Source: Cetorhinus maximus
Taxonomy: Eukaryota
Length of the DNA: 64,000 bases
NCBI RefSeq assembly: GCF_964194155.1
Contig: NC_135888.1
Location: forward strand, 15,004,001 to 15,068,000
Reading direction: 5' to 3'
The notes below the pieces were generated by a model. It did no database searches. It was given only the letters and a program-made list of their open reading frames with translations, and was not told where the DNA came from. The translations under genes were made by a program, and so were the position numbers. Within the stretch, counting starts at the first letter, position 1. The number at the start of each line of letters is the position of its first letter. Shown in pieces: positions 12,828 to 25,597 of the stretch.

Positions 12828-13451
12828 CTGAAAAAAAACCAAAATAAACAAATGAACCAACTACATGGTAATAAATCCCATCTGTCAACACCCCAATAAG
12901 ATTTTCTTGTGAAATATAGCACAACTGTATATTTAATTCTGGATTTATAGTGGAAATTCAAGGGTGAATCAGAGCCTGATTCTGACTTGCAATTGTTGGT
13001 ATAAGTTCTACATGTCAAAACAGTTAACAGTGTCAAGGATGTATCACTGGCTTTGTTTTCAAGTCTGGGGCAAATCGAAAGTAGTAGAAACAGCTGGTAG
13101 ATACAGTGTCACATCCATTCCATTAGGTTATTCATTATGAAAAGGAAGGAAACTACGTTCATACCAAGTGAAAAATTACCTCTCCAGGTAAGGAAGCCTT
13201 CCTCATTAATGAGCTTCCTTATTGCTCATGAAGTTTTATTCTACCACGAAGTATCCATGTCAATGTTCCCCTTAAGCTACGTACATGCATGACCACACAG
13301 CAATGTGAATCCGCTCACAATTTACAGTCCACTCAAACTGTCCCCTGTAAGATACCACACGCGTAGCCATGCATTGAAATAAACAAAGAAAATTTTGAGG
13401 GATTATCAATCCACACTTGATCTATTAAAACATCAGTCAAAAGAGTCATAC

Positions 13452-13532
13452 CTTTATCGAGCCCTGTGTGCCTCTGTAATCCTCTTGTAGATACGACTGC
13501 AATATTTGAACACTCTGCTGTTCATCCAAACT
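13452..13532 (-). CDS. NUP188: NUP188 exon 5 (SLDEQQSVQILQSYLQEDYRGTQGSIK)
   Basis: cag|...|gtatga, 81 nt; YLQEDYRGT motif. Confidence 0.95.
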
Positions 13533-14036
13533 CTGCCCAAGAATAAAGCAATTATCACAACTGAATGCTATAGTAATAAACAAGCTGTGCATTTTTCAAG
13601 CTTTTTTTTCTAAAAAAACAAATCAAAAAAATAGAATTTCACTTCAAGACTGTTCAAAGTGGAATAGCAGTACTGCTTGAATGGAGCGTGAAAAGCAGAA
13701 ACCGATCTAAACATATTGAACAAAGCGGTCTGGTTTATAAGAATAAGTGACATTGAAAATTTAGCAATGAAAAATTATATTGAGGCCATCTAAAGTCATC
13801 CTTATAATAAAGAAACAAACAGACCAATTGGTCTTTACTACTACTGTCAGATTTTAGGTCACTTTGGGCTCCGAGCTTCCAAGTATTCAAAATGGGTTCA
13901 AACATCCCTGAACTCATTTTATTTTGGACCATTACGCCTGATGGAGATTTCCATTCCTTGTCAGTCAGATACACAGTCACAACGTGAGACTTGGTGCTAA
14001 CTCACTGACACCTAAAACAGTAATAGTGGCATGTAC

Positions 14037-14121
14037 CAAGAATTTACTGATCCGTAGCCCAAGATCCTTCAGCGGCGATACCACTTCCTTATCAGCCTTT
14101 AGCTTCTCTCCAGAGGGCACA
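14037..14121 (-). CDS. NUP188: NUP188 exon 4 (VPSGEKLKADKEVVSPLKDLGLRISKFL)
   Basis: ttacag|...|gtacat, 85 nt, frame continuous. Confidence 0.95.
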
Positions 14122-14727
14122 CTGTAAGAGAAACAACCAGCTTTCACCTCAGTTTTATTTCCATCAATTACCTTACTCAGTACCTGCAGTTGATAAGTTT
14201 AACAGCTACAGAACAAGGAAGTTATTTTGTCCTGAACTGCTATCGTTAGAGGCTATTTATTAATTTCACAAATAAAATCAGAAGCATTCTGGGCATACAA
14301 ATATAGCCACTGGGGTTCTTTAAGTCCCCTGACAATATTCACTTGATGGGTTAATTTACGCCCAAAAATGGCTATCCTGTAGGTTTTATTTCCAACCAAC
14401 AATACCTACTCAATGGAGTCTTTTATATCCATTGACAAAACCTATCTGCTGCTTGTGCATCCTCTTTGATTGCTAATTTTCACACACTGATACAAATAGT
14501 CACCCACTTACACATACTACACGATCCATACCCACTCTCAAAAGATATACAGTATCTCAAACTGCGTGGAAAATAAATCTAGCTAGCCTTACAACAAAAA
14601 AGTAAGCCATATTATCCAGCTATGAATATAAACCTCACTTATGTTTAAAGCATTTATTTATTTAAGGTACCACACAGTACCTCAACTATTGGTGATGCAC
14701 GAAGTACACAAATAGTATCTGCATTAC

Positions 14728-14801
14728 CTAGGGGGCTTGTAGTAAGACAGTCCAGCCAGCAACCGTTCACAATGCCGATCCAACTCGGCTTCAATCTGAT
14801 C
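14728..14801 (-). CDS. NUP188: NUP188 exon 3 (DQIEAELDRHCERLLAGLSYYKPPS)
   Basis: ttctttcag|...|gtaatg, 74 nt, in frame with exons 2 and 4. Confidence 0.95.
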
Positions 14802-15104
14802 CTGAAAGAAAATAACATGCATTTAAAATCTGATTCTGTAATTCTCCCTCTTTACATTTTATACTTATCATATATTGATCCTTTCTTCCAACCACACCCT
14901 CCCACTGATTGCAGTTTTAGTAGGAATTGCTTCAATAATGTTGTATCATTCCTGTTTTGTGTTATTTTATTTCCTGTGCAAGGCCCCAGTATGCCACAAC
15001 CTACTCCCAAGCCTTTTGCTGATGCAGTTCTATAGCTAGGCACTTAACAACAGTTTATGCAAGTGCCTTTTGATATTTCTAAAACTGGAGGAGCATTTTG
15101 CTTT

Positions 15105-15490
15105 TGATTGAAACATAAGATCCTGAGGTGTCTTGACAGGGTGGATGTGGAGAGGATGTTTCCTCTTGTGGAAAAATCTAGAACTAGGGGTCACTGTTTA
15201 AAAATAAGGATCGCCCATTTAAAACAGAAACAAGGCGAAATTTTTTCACTCAGATGGTCGTGAGTCTTTGGCACTCTCTTCCTAAAAAGGTGGTGGAAGC
15301 AGAGTTTGAACATTTTTAAGACATAGTTGAATAGATCCTTGGTATGCAAGGGGGTGATAGATTATCGGGAGTAGGTGGGATGCAGATTTCAAGTGACTAT
15401 CAGATCAGCCACGATCTAATTAAATAGCGGGGCAGGCTCGAGAGGCTGAGTGGCCGCTCATGCTTCTTGTTTGTATATTCGTTATGTTCG
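15105..15490 (+). mobile_element. CR1 LINE 3' fragment
   Basis: YKIL.GLDRVDVERMFPL...TRGH.LK-type RT C-terminus, degenerate; CR1 3' UTR. Confidence 0.85.
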
Positions 15491-15742
15491 AATACCTCAG
15501 CAAGGATCTGCATGTTGCATTGAGGACTGTGGCTACAAATCTGGCAACAGCAGCCATTTAGCGTCTTTTGAAAATTCTTTTAACCCACTGGTGCAGCATT
15601 TCAAAGGATTATTCACACCATCAATAAATCGTAGTGTTACTTCTACTGGTAACTCTGGAGAAATACCAATCCTTCAACAACACCAAGAGAAGCTAAGCAA
15701 CCAACTTCAAATTGGATAATATTTTGTCTGGGTTGAACTTAC

Positions 15743-15797
15743 AGTCTCTCTTAGCGCTGACCTCCCCAGTAAAATCGTCCACAGCTCCCGACTGCTC
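15743..15797 (-). CDS. NUP188: NUP188 exon 2 (SSRELWTILLGRSALRET)
   Basis: cag|...|gtaagt boundaries, 55 nt; near identity to recalled human SSRELWTILLGRSALREL. Confidence 0.95.
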
Positions 15798-16134
15798 CTG
15801 TGAACAAATTGATACTCTTCACACATAAGCCAGAATACAAATGCTATATACTAAAGACGACATCTATTTTATCTTAACAAAAATCAAAACTATCCTTCAA
15901 TCTTACCCAAACAAATACTCACCCAATCACCAGGCAATCACTTAGTCTCAGCCTTACCGGCAACTTAATGATGAAACATGAACATTATTTCCCTGTGAAC
16001 TTACGCCCAACATGAACTGGAGTTGACATTGCCTCTCAAATTAATCTCAAATAGGGACCCTCACAGCTGTTAGACAGGCGAGCTTTTAATCTCCAGTGTG
16101 AATTGGATGGAACTATTACGCTGGAAGGTGACAC

Positions 16135-17325
16135 TGTTATATTCCATTATTCCCAGTGTTTTATATTTCTACATATTACGTATGCGTTTTGAGAGTTCTT
16201 TTTTCAGAATAATTTTAAATTGCTTCAGAAGCTTCTGCAAAATGGAATCCCAATGAGGGTTTGGAAAACTTAATTTGAGTGTAATATCAACAAACAGCAC
16301 TAGCATTGGATTTGAAATGCATGTTATTTTCTTTCAGGATCACATTGAAACTGAGTTAGATTAGCATTGTGAACAGTGTAAGGAACATACCTTTTTATTT
16401 CTGCTGGACTGTTGTAAAGAGCATATCTTTTTATTTTCTTGGGCTGTGGTTTTAAAATTGGATTGTGGCTTTAAAAGCAACCATAGCTGCATGACATGTT
16501 CATTGGAACAGGGTAAGGAATATCTACAATGTTGCTATCCTGGAACAAAGTGTGCCATAAAAGAACAAGATGGTACCGGAAAGGAGTCCTGGGCTAAGGG
16601 GAACTGCCTGATGACAGCATTTTAATTGGCTCCTGACCAGGTGACCAGGGTTTGTGTGGTAGCAGTACAGCTCCTAGCCTGCAAAGAGGGAAGACCTAAA
16701 GCCTCAATCTCCTGTGTTTATAAGATTCCAGTAATTCAGCCATGGCAGCTATCTGGCTATTCCTCACATCTCTGTAACCTGTTTTCTATGAAAACCCCTG
16801 TCAAGAGGAAAAGGGGAAAAATCACCAGTAGAGACATTGAAAAGCAAGTTTTTCAACCAATGAACCACAGACAAAGTGTTGGGAGACCACCTCGTGCTAT
16901 CAACAACAAACCGCAAGGAATTTGGAAGACATCAAACAAAATCAACCCATCTAATCCTGTACTCCGGATTGGTGCTACCGAACAGTTTTTATCTTACCCT
17001 TAAAATCCATGTTTTGTGCGTCTTATGTGTGTGTGTGTGTGTTCATTTTAAGGGGTTTAAGAAGGGGTAGAGTTTAAGTTATTGAGTTAGAAGTTTGCAG
17101 TTCATACTTCTTTCTTTTGCCAATAGTTAAAGACCATTTGTTCAATAAACAGTTATTTACTTATTAAGTTTACAAACCTGGTGCTCATATTCTGTTAACC
17201 TAAATTAAACAGTTAGGTCGAATTGGGGCAATCTGGTGGTTTAGTCAAACTTTTCACATTTGTCACGGCTCAGGGGAACAGTGGGGCTTGATATTACAGC
17301 GCACTATCCCCAGTAAGTTGTAACA
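16135..17325 (+). mobile_element. Solo LTR-like element in NUP188 intron 1
   Basis: TGTTA...TAACA terminal inverted repeats, internal AATAAA near 17144; no TSD visible. Confidence 0.55.
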
Positions 17326-17326
17326 G

Positions 17327-17431
17327 CGGTTACTGGCTGGACTGTCTTACTACAAGCCCCTCGGTAATGCTGATACCTCCTTTGTACATCGCCAATAGTT
17401 GAGGTACTGTGGTATCTTAAATAAATAAATG
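17327..17431 (+). repeat. Inverted local copy of NUP188 exon 3 3' half plus start of intron 3
   Basis: Aligns to reverse complement of 14651-14765, including the identical run CTGGCTGGACTGTCTTACTACAAGCCCC. Confidence 0.92.
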
Positions 17432-20400
17432 ATGTTAAGCTCTACAAAGATCTCAAGCATATAATTTAAGCTAATACTTCAGCACTGTACTGAGGGAGAG
17501 CTGCATTGTCGGAGGTGCCATCTTTTCGATGAAGCATTAACCTGAGGCATCGGCCGGCGAAAAATCCTATGTCACTGTTTGAAGAGGAAAAGGAGTTTCA
17601 ACATTGACTTGGTCAACATTGCCCATTAAACCAACACCCCAGAGCAGAACATCAAATCATTCCTCTTTGTCAAATGAACTTTGCACTCAGAGTGAAGGAT
17701 ACTGGTCCTTGAAAACCATATCCTTCCCCCTCCCTCACCCCTTCTGTCACACACTCTCAAGTGTGATCCAGGGTGAACGTAGAATAAGGTTTGAATATTC
17801 TTCCAAAAAACTTTAACTTCAGCACCATTCCCTTCTTAATAGACATCACATTTCCAATTTAGTCTTCAGTATCAATTAATTCCAATAATTTACCCTTGTT
17901 ACATTTATTCCATTTACATTTTATATGTCAGTCCAACGTACATATTTGTTACTTCCTTCAAAAAAGTAATATAATTAAAATCACCCCTTCTCTACAATTT
18001 TACCTCTGCAATTGAGTATTTTTGATGACTACATGTTGTGCAAGTCTGTTATCCTACTTGTTGCACATGGGCATTGTTTTGCTAATAAACCAATAGGAAA
18101 GAGTTCCATTGTATTTAAATTTTCTCACTCACAAACACTAAACTCATTTATCCTGCTCAAACAATTCCATCTCAGCAAAATCAGAGCATCAGAACTCAAC
18201 TAAAGTTAAGTTTTACCTACCTGACTTAATAGAAAGCCTGAGAAAATGTTTTGTTTTTTAATTAAAACCAAGTTTAACCACTGTAAGGAGTTCATATTTG
18301 TCATCACTCGTTTAATTCTGGAATTGTCCAACTCTAATTTTAATAGATATTTTCCGATACAAAAAGCTGGAAAAAAAATCACCTGACTTTGTGACCCAGT
18401 TTTGGAATATAGGGGCATTTTCTATCTGCCATGCACACTCTAACCCAGATACAGAGTGTGTTAAAGGATGACGTGTGACATTCTACATGACCCAGCTGCC
18501 ATTAAGGGCTACTGGGAAAATTTAAGAGAATGCAGTCACTTAATAGTTAGCGGTTCCAGTCTGATGAGAAACAAAAATTCTTTCAGTTACTAGAAAATAT
18601 CTGGAATAGTTTTTAAATATTTGTCAATCTTTCCAAACACTATACTAGGGAGATGGGGAATGGAAATAAGCAGCAGCCAAAAAGTAGCAGATTTTGAATC
18701 CAATGTCTCAGTGCAAAATGAGTGGTTCTGTGGGCAAGTGACAAAATAACTACCTCTAAAACCCTTTAAACAAAGTAAAATTTACTGTTGCAAGATGTTG
18801 GTTTGAGGAGGGTTTGCCCATTTAGTTTACCCTTCAGGGCACCCACTCCACCAGATGGTGCAGCAGCGCACCATGGCTGGCAGGAAGTGATGGCAAGGCT
18901 CAGCACCATGCCCGGTATCTGCTGGACCTGGGAAGTTACAAATGTTAGAAAAGAGAGCATACCTTAACAAATGTGACAAGATGCTGATATACCCAAATAT
19001 ACCATGTCTCAAGCAGATGGCACAAATTGCACATCATAAAACGCTACCCATCAGCAATAACTTGCATATATATGGCATCCAGAATGGACTCGAGGGACCG
19101 AATGGCCTTCCAGGGCACTTCACAGGCAGATAACAGGACAAAATTAACACCAAGCAAAAGGAGGCGATATTAGGGCAGGTAATGAAAAGCTTCAGAGAGA
19201 TAAATTTTGAGGAGGATCTTAAAGAGAGTGAGAGAGACAGATGAAGAAACAAGAGAGGTTTTGGGAGAAACACCAAAGAATACACTACTTAATTTTGCAA
19301 GTTAAAATTATCCCATAAATGAATGAGTTTGTCCTCATGCATAATTTTTAAGATGGCAGTCCAGACAGTACTATTTATCACATGGCAGAGGTTAGGAAAG
19401 AAAACCATAATTAAAAAATAAAAAATGCAAAAGATGTACAATTCTCAGCATCTAAATGAAAAACAAAATGACAAGTTTAATATTTTCAAGAAAATCTCTC
19501 CACTATCTCTCCACTAATTCAAAGGCAAGTTTTCACAAAAATATTAACCGTTATTTTCTCTTCACATTCTGGTTGCAAAATATATAGGCAACACTGAATC
19601 ATCAAGTGTTTGAAAGAAATTCTAGATTCCATAACTAGATAACAATTTTACTCCATACCCACTGACCACATAAATTATTATAATCACATAGACTTCTAAC
19701 TGTAGAACTCGCCAAGTTGCTACATCATAAAAGCTCTGTATTAACAGTGCTAGCTCATGATACTTTTCTCACTGGATAAAGTGAAGGGGGTAAGGGGGTG
19801 AGGGGGCGGGTGGCAGAGATTAAAAATGCATTTCAACCTGAACAACACAGCCAATAAAAGTGAAACCATGCCTCTCACTAAAATGTAATGTTTATTCCTA
19901 CACTAAAGACTGAGCATAGCAACCTGTCATTCCCACTCATGGGTACTGTGGTGAAAATGGCACTGCACTGAGGGGCATTGAGTATCCTTAGATTCGTAAC
20001 ACACGCAGGGCCTGAGAGATGTTAGGAAGGCTGGATTTGTGGAGGTTTGCTAACATATCTGACTGCTGGCTAGATCATGTGCCATCCACATTTACTGGGA
20101 CTACTCGTATGAGCCTTGTTCGCAAGACCTTCTTTGGTAGAGAGCTGAGAATACCAGGCGCTATTTGAAGATCCTGGGTCCCAGGCGTTCCTTTCAGATC
20201 AGTGAGTGGCGGGGGGGGGGTGGTGAGAGAAAGAACAGTTTCCTGTCAGGATCCCCGTAAATTGATGTCCCTTGACGGGAAAAAATACCCGTAAAGCAAC
20301 AATTTTGGAAGTACTTGTTTGCAAACTGAGCAGGGTAAAAGATTAAAACTAATCTCCATGAAGGGCCAAAACCCCACTTTAGCGCAATTATCTGTCAGCC

Positions 20401-20609
20401 TGATGGGAGAGTTTGAATGTAAACTCGTGTCCAGCGCGCTCTCACCCAGTTACCAACTGTAAATCCCCAGGAACTGTATACACCGGCCTCCGATTCGCCC
20501 TTTATTTCAAATAACGTACATTTATTCCGCACGGCCACTTGGCTATGATTCGAATTGGGTTTTCTTTATGTTTTTAATTTTTAAAAAAGTTTCATTTATT
20601 TATCTTTAC

Positions 20610-20638
20610 CTCACATACGGCCCCACTGCCGCCGCCAT
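20610..20638 (-). CDS. NUP188: Nucleoporin NUP188, coding exon 1 (MAAAVGPYVR)
   Basis: ATG at 20638 in GGCAATGG context; 29 nt then AG|GTAAAG donor; resembles human N-terminus MAAAAGGPCVR; phase 2 fits exon 2. Confidence 0.9.
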
Positions 20639-20639
20639 T

Positions 20640-20845
20640 GCCGACCCGCCTCACGTGACCGACGCTTGGGCATTGCCCCCCTCTGCACGTGACCTACGTC
20701 GGCCCCGCCCTCTGTCCTGACCGAGATCAGGGGGGGTGGGACCACCCTCTTCACGTGACCGACATCGGCCCGCCTTTTTCCGCACGTGACCTTCGACGGA
20801 CAACACCCTCGTGTCACGTGATTCCCTTTTCATCATGGCCGCCTC
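20640..20845. promoter_or_regulatory. CpG-rich bidirectional NUP188/DOLK promoter with five CACGTG E-boxes and a GC box
   Basis: CACGTG at 20652, 20686, 20752, 20783, 20815; CCCCGCCC at 20703; local CpG enrichment; lies between NUP188 ATG (minus) and a plus-strand exon with donor sites. Confidence 0.8.
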
Positions 20846-20859
20846 CTGGAAGGTGAAAG
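20821..20859 (+). other. DOLK: Putative DOLK first exon containing an upstream ATG (20835)
   Basis: CATCATGGCCGCC followed by candidate donors AG|GTGAAA (after 20852) and AG|GTGTGT (after 20859); no transcript evidence available. Confidence 0.5.
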
Positions 20860-22202
20860 GTGTGTGTTTGTGTGGTGAGAGATTTTTTTTTATTATGGAT
20901 GATGCTTTTTTTTTGTATTTTTTCTAACTGTTTTGTTTTGCTGGTGGGATATTAAAGTGGGGGAATGTTCCCCTTTATTATTGTTTTCATATTCCCTACT
21001 AGCAATCGAATGCTTTTTATTCCGAGTGTTCCTAATCAGTAGCTGCTATTCTTAATCAAATGCCACTGTAGAGATCCACAGGCTGCGAGACTATTTTTTT
21101 CCACCACTCGCCACTGTTAAAATTGTTAAACCCGCTGATCTGACAGTTTCTTTCTTAGACACCCCCACCCCTCCCTGTTTTTTGAATTGTGACTGGAGGA
21201 TTAGGGTGTGTACTATAACTGGAACTCATTTATCACTATGATCAAAGTCTTACTATGCGGGAAGGTTTACTGTAACTATCCCACTTTACACTTTCCTACC
21301 TGTTGTTTGCTATTTTTGGCTGACAATTATTATGTAAAATGAAATTTGAATATTGTATTTTGGATTCAGTTATTCAAATTTCTTCATTTTGCCTGTTGGG
21401 CATTTTGTACTGGGCATATGCAATCTGTTTCCTGACCCCTGCTGTGTACATTTGGCCTGTGGGTTGCTGTCAGCTATTTCTAGCTCAGTACAGTCGCAAA
21501 CCTCCCATGTCTTGCTCATCTGGAGTGTAATTCTCTCATTTTGGTTTTAAATGTCATCTGAGTTGATGGGTCTCTTAAAAATAAACACAGGTTGGTATCT
21601 TTGAAACTGATTACATGCCAATTGAATATTTTTGATAAGTAGGGATTATGAAAATCAGATTTTATTTTTCCAACAATAAATCACTGGACAATTAATCAGT
21701 TTAAAAACTGTCCCCTCAAATTTGTGGAAAAAACCCACAAAATGTTCCTTATCAAAAATCAGGCCAAGAGATGCACATGTATCACAATGTTGAGGTTAGC
21801 ACCCACATTTGTATGTTGTCTATGTCATGCTGGCATCACAGATGAGTTGCACGCACATCCCCCGACCCAATGTTTGGAAGGAAAATAAAGAAATGCTGTG
21901 CAGTTTGTACACTTATGACTTCTTTAGGACTATATTCTTGACACTGCAGCAATTGTCAATCGTCCATTCCTCATTACATATTGAGCAAGACCAGCACAGT
22001 TACCACATTAGTAGTTCCCTGAAAACTTGGTTTCAATCAAAGACTGGTTAATGTCATACATTGTTTATTCAAAGCATGAATGAACCATTCCCATGTACAT
22101 GCTCCAGGAATATTTAACTTACACAAGCATGGCAACAATTAAGCGGCCGAAGACATAACAATAAACATCAGTTCTTCAATTTCAGTGTTTTTTTAGGAGT
22201 TA

Positions 22203-22655
22203 AGTCAGCCTGCATTTGGTGGTAGAACTCTCACCTCTGAGTCAGAAGGTTGTCAGTTCAATTCCCATTGCAGAGTCTTGAGCACAGTATCTAGGCTGAC
22301 CAGTGCAGCCCTGAGGGAGTGCTGCACTGTTAGAGGTGCCATGTTTCAGAAGAGATGTATATTGAGGCTCCTTCTGCTCTCTCAGGTGGATGTGAAAGAT
22401 CCCATGGCACTATTTGCATAAAAACAGGGAAGTTACTCTCGATGTCCTGGCCAGAATGTATCCTTCAACTATCAGTAAAATAGATTATCTAGTCATTATT
22501 TCATTGAAGATTGTGGGACCTTGCTGTGTGCAAATTGGCTGCCAAGTTTCCTAAGTTACAACAGTGACTACACTTCAAAAGTATTTACTTGGCTGTAAAG
22601 TGCTTTGGGACATCCTGAGGCTGTGAAAGGCATTATTTAAATGCAAGTGTTTTCT
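22203..22655 (+). mobile_element. Deu-domain SINE (SacSINE1/AmnSINE1-like), near full length
   Basis: tRNA-like head, core GAGGGAGTGCTGCACTGT.GAGGTGCC...GATCCCATGGCACTATTT, tail TGAAAGGC.TAT.TAAATGCAAG. Confidence 0.85.
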
Positions 22656-22794
22656 TCAAGTAATAGTCTGATGGTGAGTTGTATTAAGATATTGACTGTG
22701 AACTGTGTAAGTAATTGTGATTTTTCATTTTGCTTGACTGCACATTTTTAAGGACTTTACTTGTCTTCTTGAGTTCTAGTGATGTTCAAAATAA

Positions 22795-23163
22795 AATTGT
22801 GTATAAAATTATGAGGGGTATAGATAGGGTAAACAAGAAGGAACTTTTCCCCTTGGTGGAGGGATCAATAACAAAGGGGCATAGATTTAAGGTAAGGGGC
22901 AGAAGGTTTAGAGGCGATGTGAGGAAGAATTTTTTCACCCAGAGGGTGGTGGGAATCTGGAACTCACTACCTGAAAGGGTGGTAGAGGCAAAAACCCTCA
23001 TTACATTTAAGAAGTATTTGGATGTGCACTTGCGATGCCATGGCATACAAGGCTATGGGCCTAGTGCTGGAAAATGGGATTAGAATAGTTAGGTACTTGT
23101 TTGACTGGTGCAGAGTCGATGGGCCGAAGGGCCTTTTTCTGTGCTGTAGACCTCTATGACTCT
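22795..23163 (+). mobile_element. CR1 LINE 3' fragment, relatively young
   Basis: Open frame YKIMRGIDRVNKKELFPL...NFFTQRVVGIWNSLPERVV; CTCTATGACTCTA tail. Confidence 0.92.
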
Positions 23164-23844
23164 AAAAATTGCTGTTTGCTGATTTTCTCCAAATTTGCCT
23201 GGGTATTTTGGAACTCAAGGTTTCCCAACTGATTCACTGATTTTCTCTTTATTTGAATTAAAACCTGGGCTTTCAAATTGGAAATAAAAACTAGTTTTAA
23301 TGAGCCTTAATTATAAGCTTCATTCAGAACAGAACTGTAACCGTGAGAACTAAGCAATAGGTCCTGTAGGTCTTAGTTACAGTAAGAGGAACTTATTTTG
23401 TGAAAAGGTTTATAACTTTATCCATATGCACAAAAAAGCAACCAAGGTATTTCGATGGGTTTATAATCTGTCAGAATTTCTTTCTAACAAAAAACACACT
23501 GCTTCCATGTCACCAATTAAATATCCTGCTGTTCATTCACATGATTTGTCTATTTAAGATATATACTTTAAGCTAAAAATTATAACACATACAGGAAGAG
23601 ATATGAAACAAAAACCATAAATCATATGTTACAGATATCTATGGATGATGGCAGAAGGGTGAAGGACACAAGTAGCATTTCAATAAGACTTAGACTAAAA
23701 TAATTTCTTCGGGAAACAGGAAAAAGCCCAGGAAAGCATTGAAATGCCCAAAGTCACAAAAATGCAGGAAGCCTGAACAATTTTAATTTTGTTTAGCAAT
23801 TTTTGGTCACTGAAGAGAGACATTCGGTGCCATGTATTGAAGCT

Positions 23845-24483
23845 GGTTAAAAAGGCTAATGAGATATAGGTCCTTATCTAAAGAGGGCTGGAATTCAAAG
23901 GGGTCAAAGTTATGTTACAGCTGACAGAGCTCTGAATAGGACCCAATGCACTGCATTCAGTTCTGAGCACTGCACCTCTGAAAGGATATATTAGCCTTGG
24001 AGGTGGTGCAGCACAGATTCACCAGAGGGTACTGGGGCTAAAAGTGTTAAATTATGAGGGCAGATTGCATGGTATGGGCTATATTCCCTTCGATATTGAA
24101 GATTAATGGATGATCTAATTGAGGTGTGTAAGATGATCAAAGGATTGAATAAGGTAGGTAGATTGAAACTGTTTGCTCAGGTGAGAGAGTGCAGAACAAG
24201 GGAATATAACCTCAAAAATAGAGCTCAGCCATTCAGAAGGAAGCTCAGAAAGCACTCCTTGACACAAGGGTTAGTAGAATTCTGGAACTCTCTCCCCAGA
24301 AAGCTGTTGAGACTGGGACAATTAAAAATTTCAAAACTGAGATTGATGGATTTTTGTTAGGCAATGACATGAAGGGCTAAGGAACCAAAACAGGTAGCTG
24401 GAATTGAAATACGTATCTGTCATAATCTAGTTGAGTGGTGGAACAGGCTCAAGGGGCTGAATGGCCTACTCCTGTTCCTATGT
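23845..24483 (+). mobile_element. CR1 LINE 3' fragment
   Basis: DLIEVCKMIKGL...WNSLP remnants and AATGGCCTACTCCTGTTCCTATG tail. Confidence 0.85.
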
Positions 24484-25597
24484 CACAACAGAGAACGCAA
24501 AACACAATGCACAATCAATTCTTGTATTTACGTTTATGATGGCAGGAGTTATATACTGTGTCTGCTGGAGTGGAAGATACAACAGATAGTCTACCCTCTT
24601 TGTCAATTAATTATATGTTTCCCAGTTAACTGCATCAGACAGATGGTATATAGAGCAACAGCTGAAGCCTTATTAAAAAGCCTTTATTAATTCAGCAAAA
24701 TGGTGGTATTGTTAGCACAATAATGTTAGTGATTCTGCATCAATCATTGGTTTTCAGTAGAATTTTTGCATTTAATTTGTTATTCTAAACTGGAAATGAA
24801 TTGGCTAGTGGCTCCCTTCATTCTATGTATTCTAAACTGATGGCATTAACATTTTTCTGCCTGTTTATCACTGAAATAATGGGATGTCGAAAAAACTATT
24901 GTTACTCATTGCCAGTTGACTATTGAGGTCACATAATGATGAGGATATTATGTTTTTTATCAAGGGTCTTTCTGGAGACTATGTTGTGTAAACTGGGTTC
25001 TGTCTATTCCACTCCCATAAGCTTCCCTTTAAAGCATCACCCAGGGACAGCACCAAAAACATTTGAAAATCTCACATTATTTCTGTTTGTTGGGTGGTAG
25101 GTGGGGGCGGGGGGAAGAAATGTCACCTGAGCAGGAAATTCGCATGCATATTGGTTAAAAACTAGACTGTGAGCTCAGCTTCAGACTGCACGGTGCTTAA
25201 CTGCTGATCTCCCCAATACGAAGTGAGCTGAATTAAAGACAAACATAAGCAAGCTTGGTGAATCTAACAGATTGTTAAATTTCACCCCTGTATCTGACTT
25301 ACTGACATTCCTTTTGAGAGATGCGCAAATGGATGAAAAAGCCTCTCTACAACATTTGGCACTATTATCTTATAATCTAACTGTAACTAATGCAGTCTAC
25401 GTTACAATCTCTGTTCCAGGTCTGACAGTCAGTTAGATCTACCCAGTTGCACAGTTGGAAGAAAAACCAATCAGACAAAGGGGAAATTTAACCGAATAAA
25501 TCTTGGCAAACGGAATGGAACCTCAAACACTTCCCTGGATTCTAGAATAATTAAAACTTTCTCAATTCTCTGTACGTCAGAAGAAAAATCTGCAGCT

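Noticed and set aside
16081-16134. Missing 5' half of the inverted NUP188 exon 3 copy on the other side of the LTR
   Set aside because: Only a weak GA.TTGGAT similarity; not distinguishable from chance
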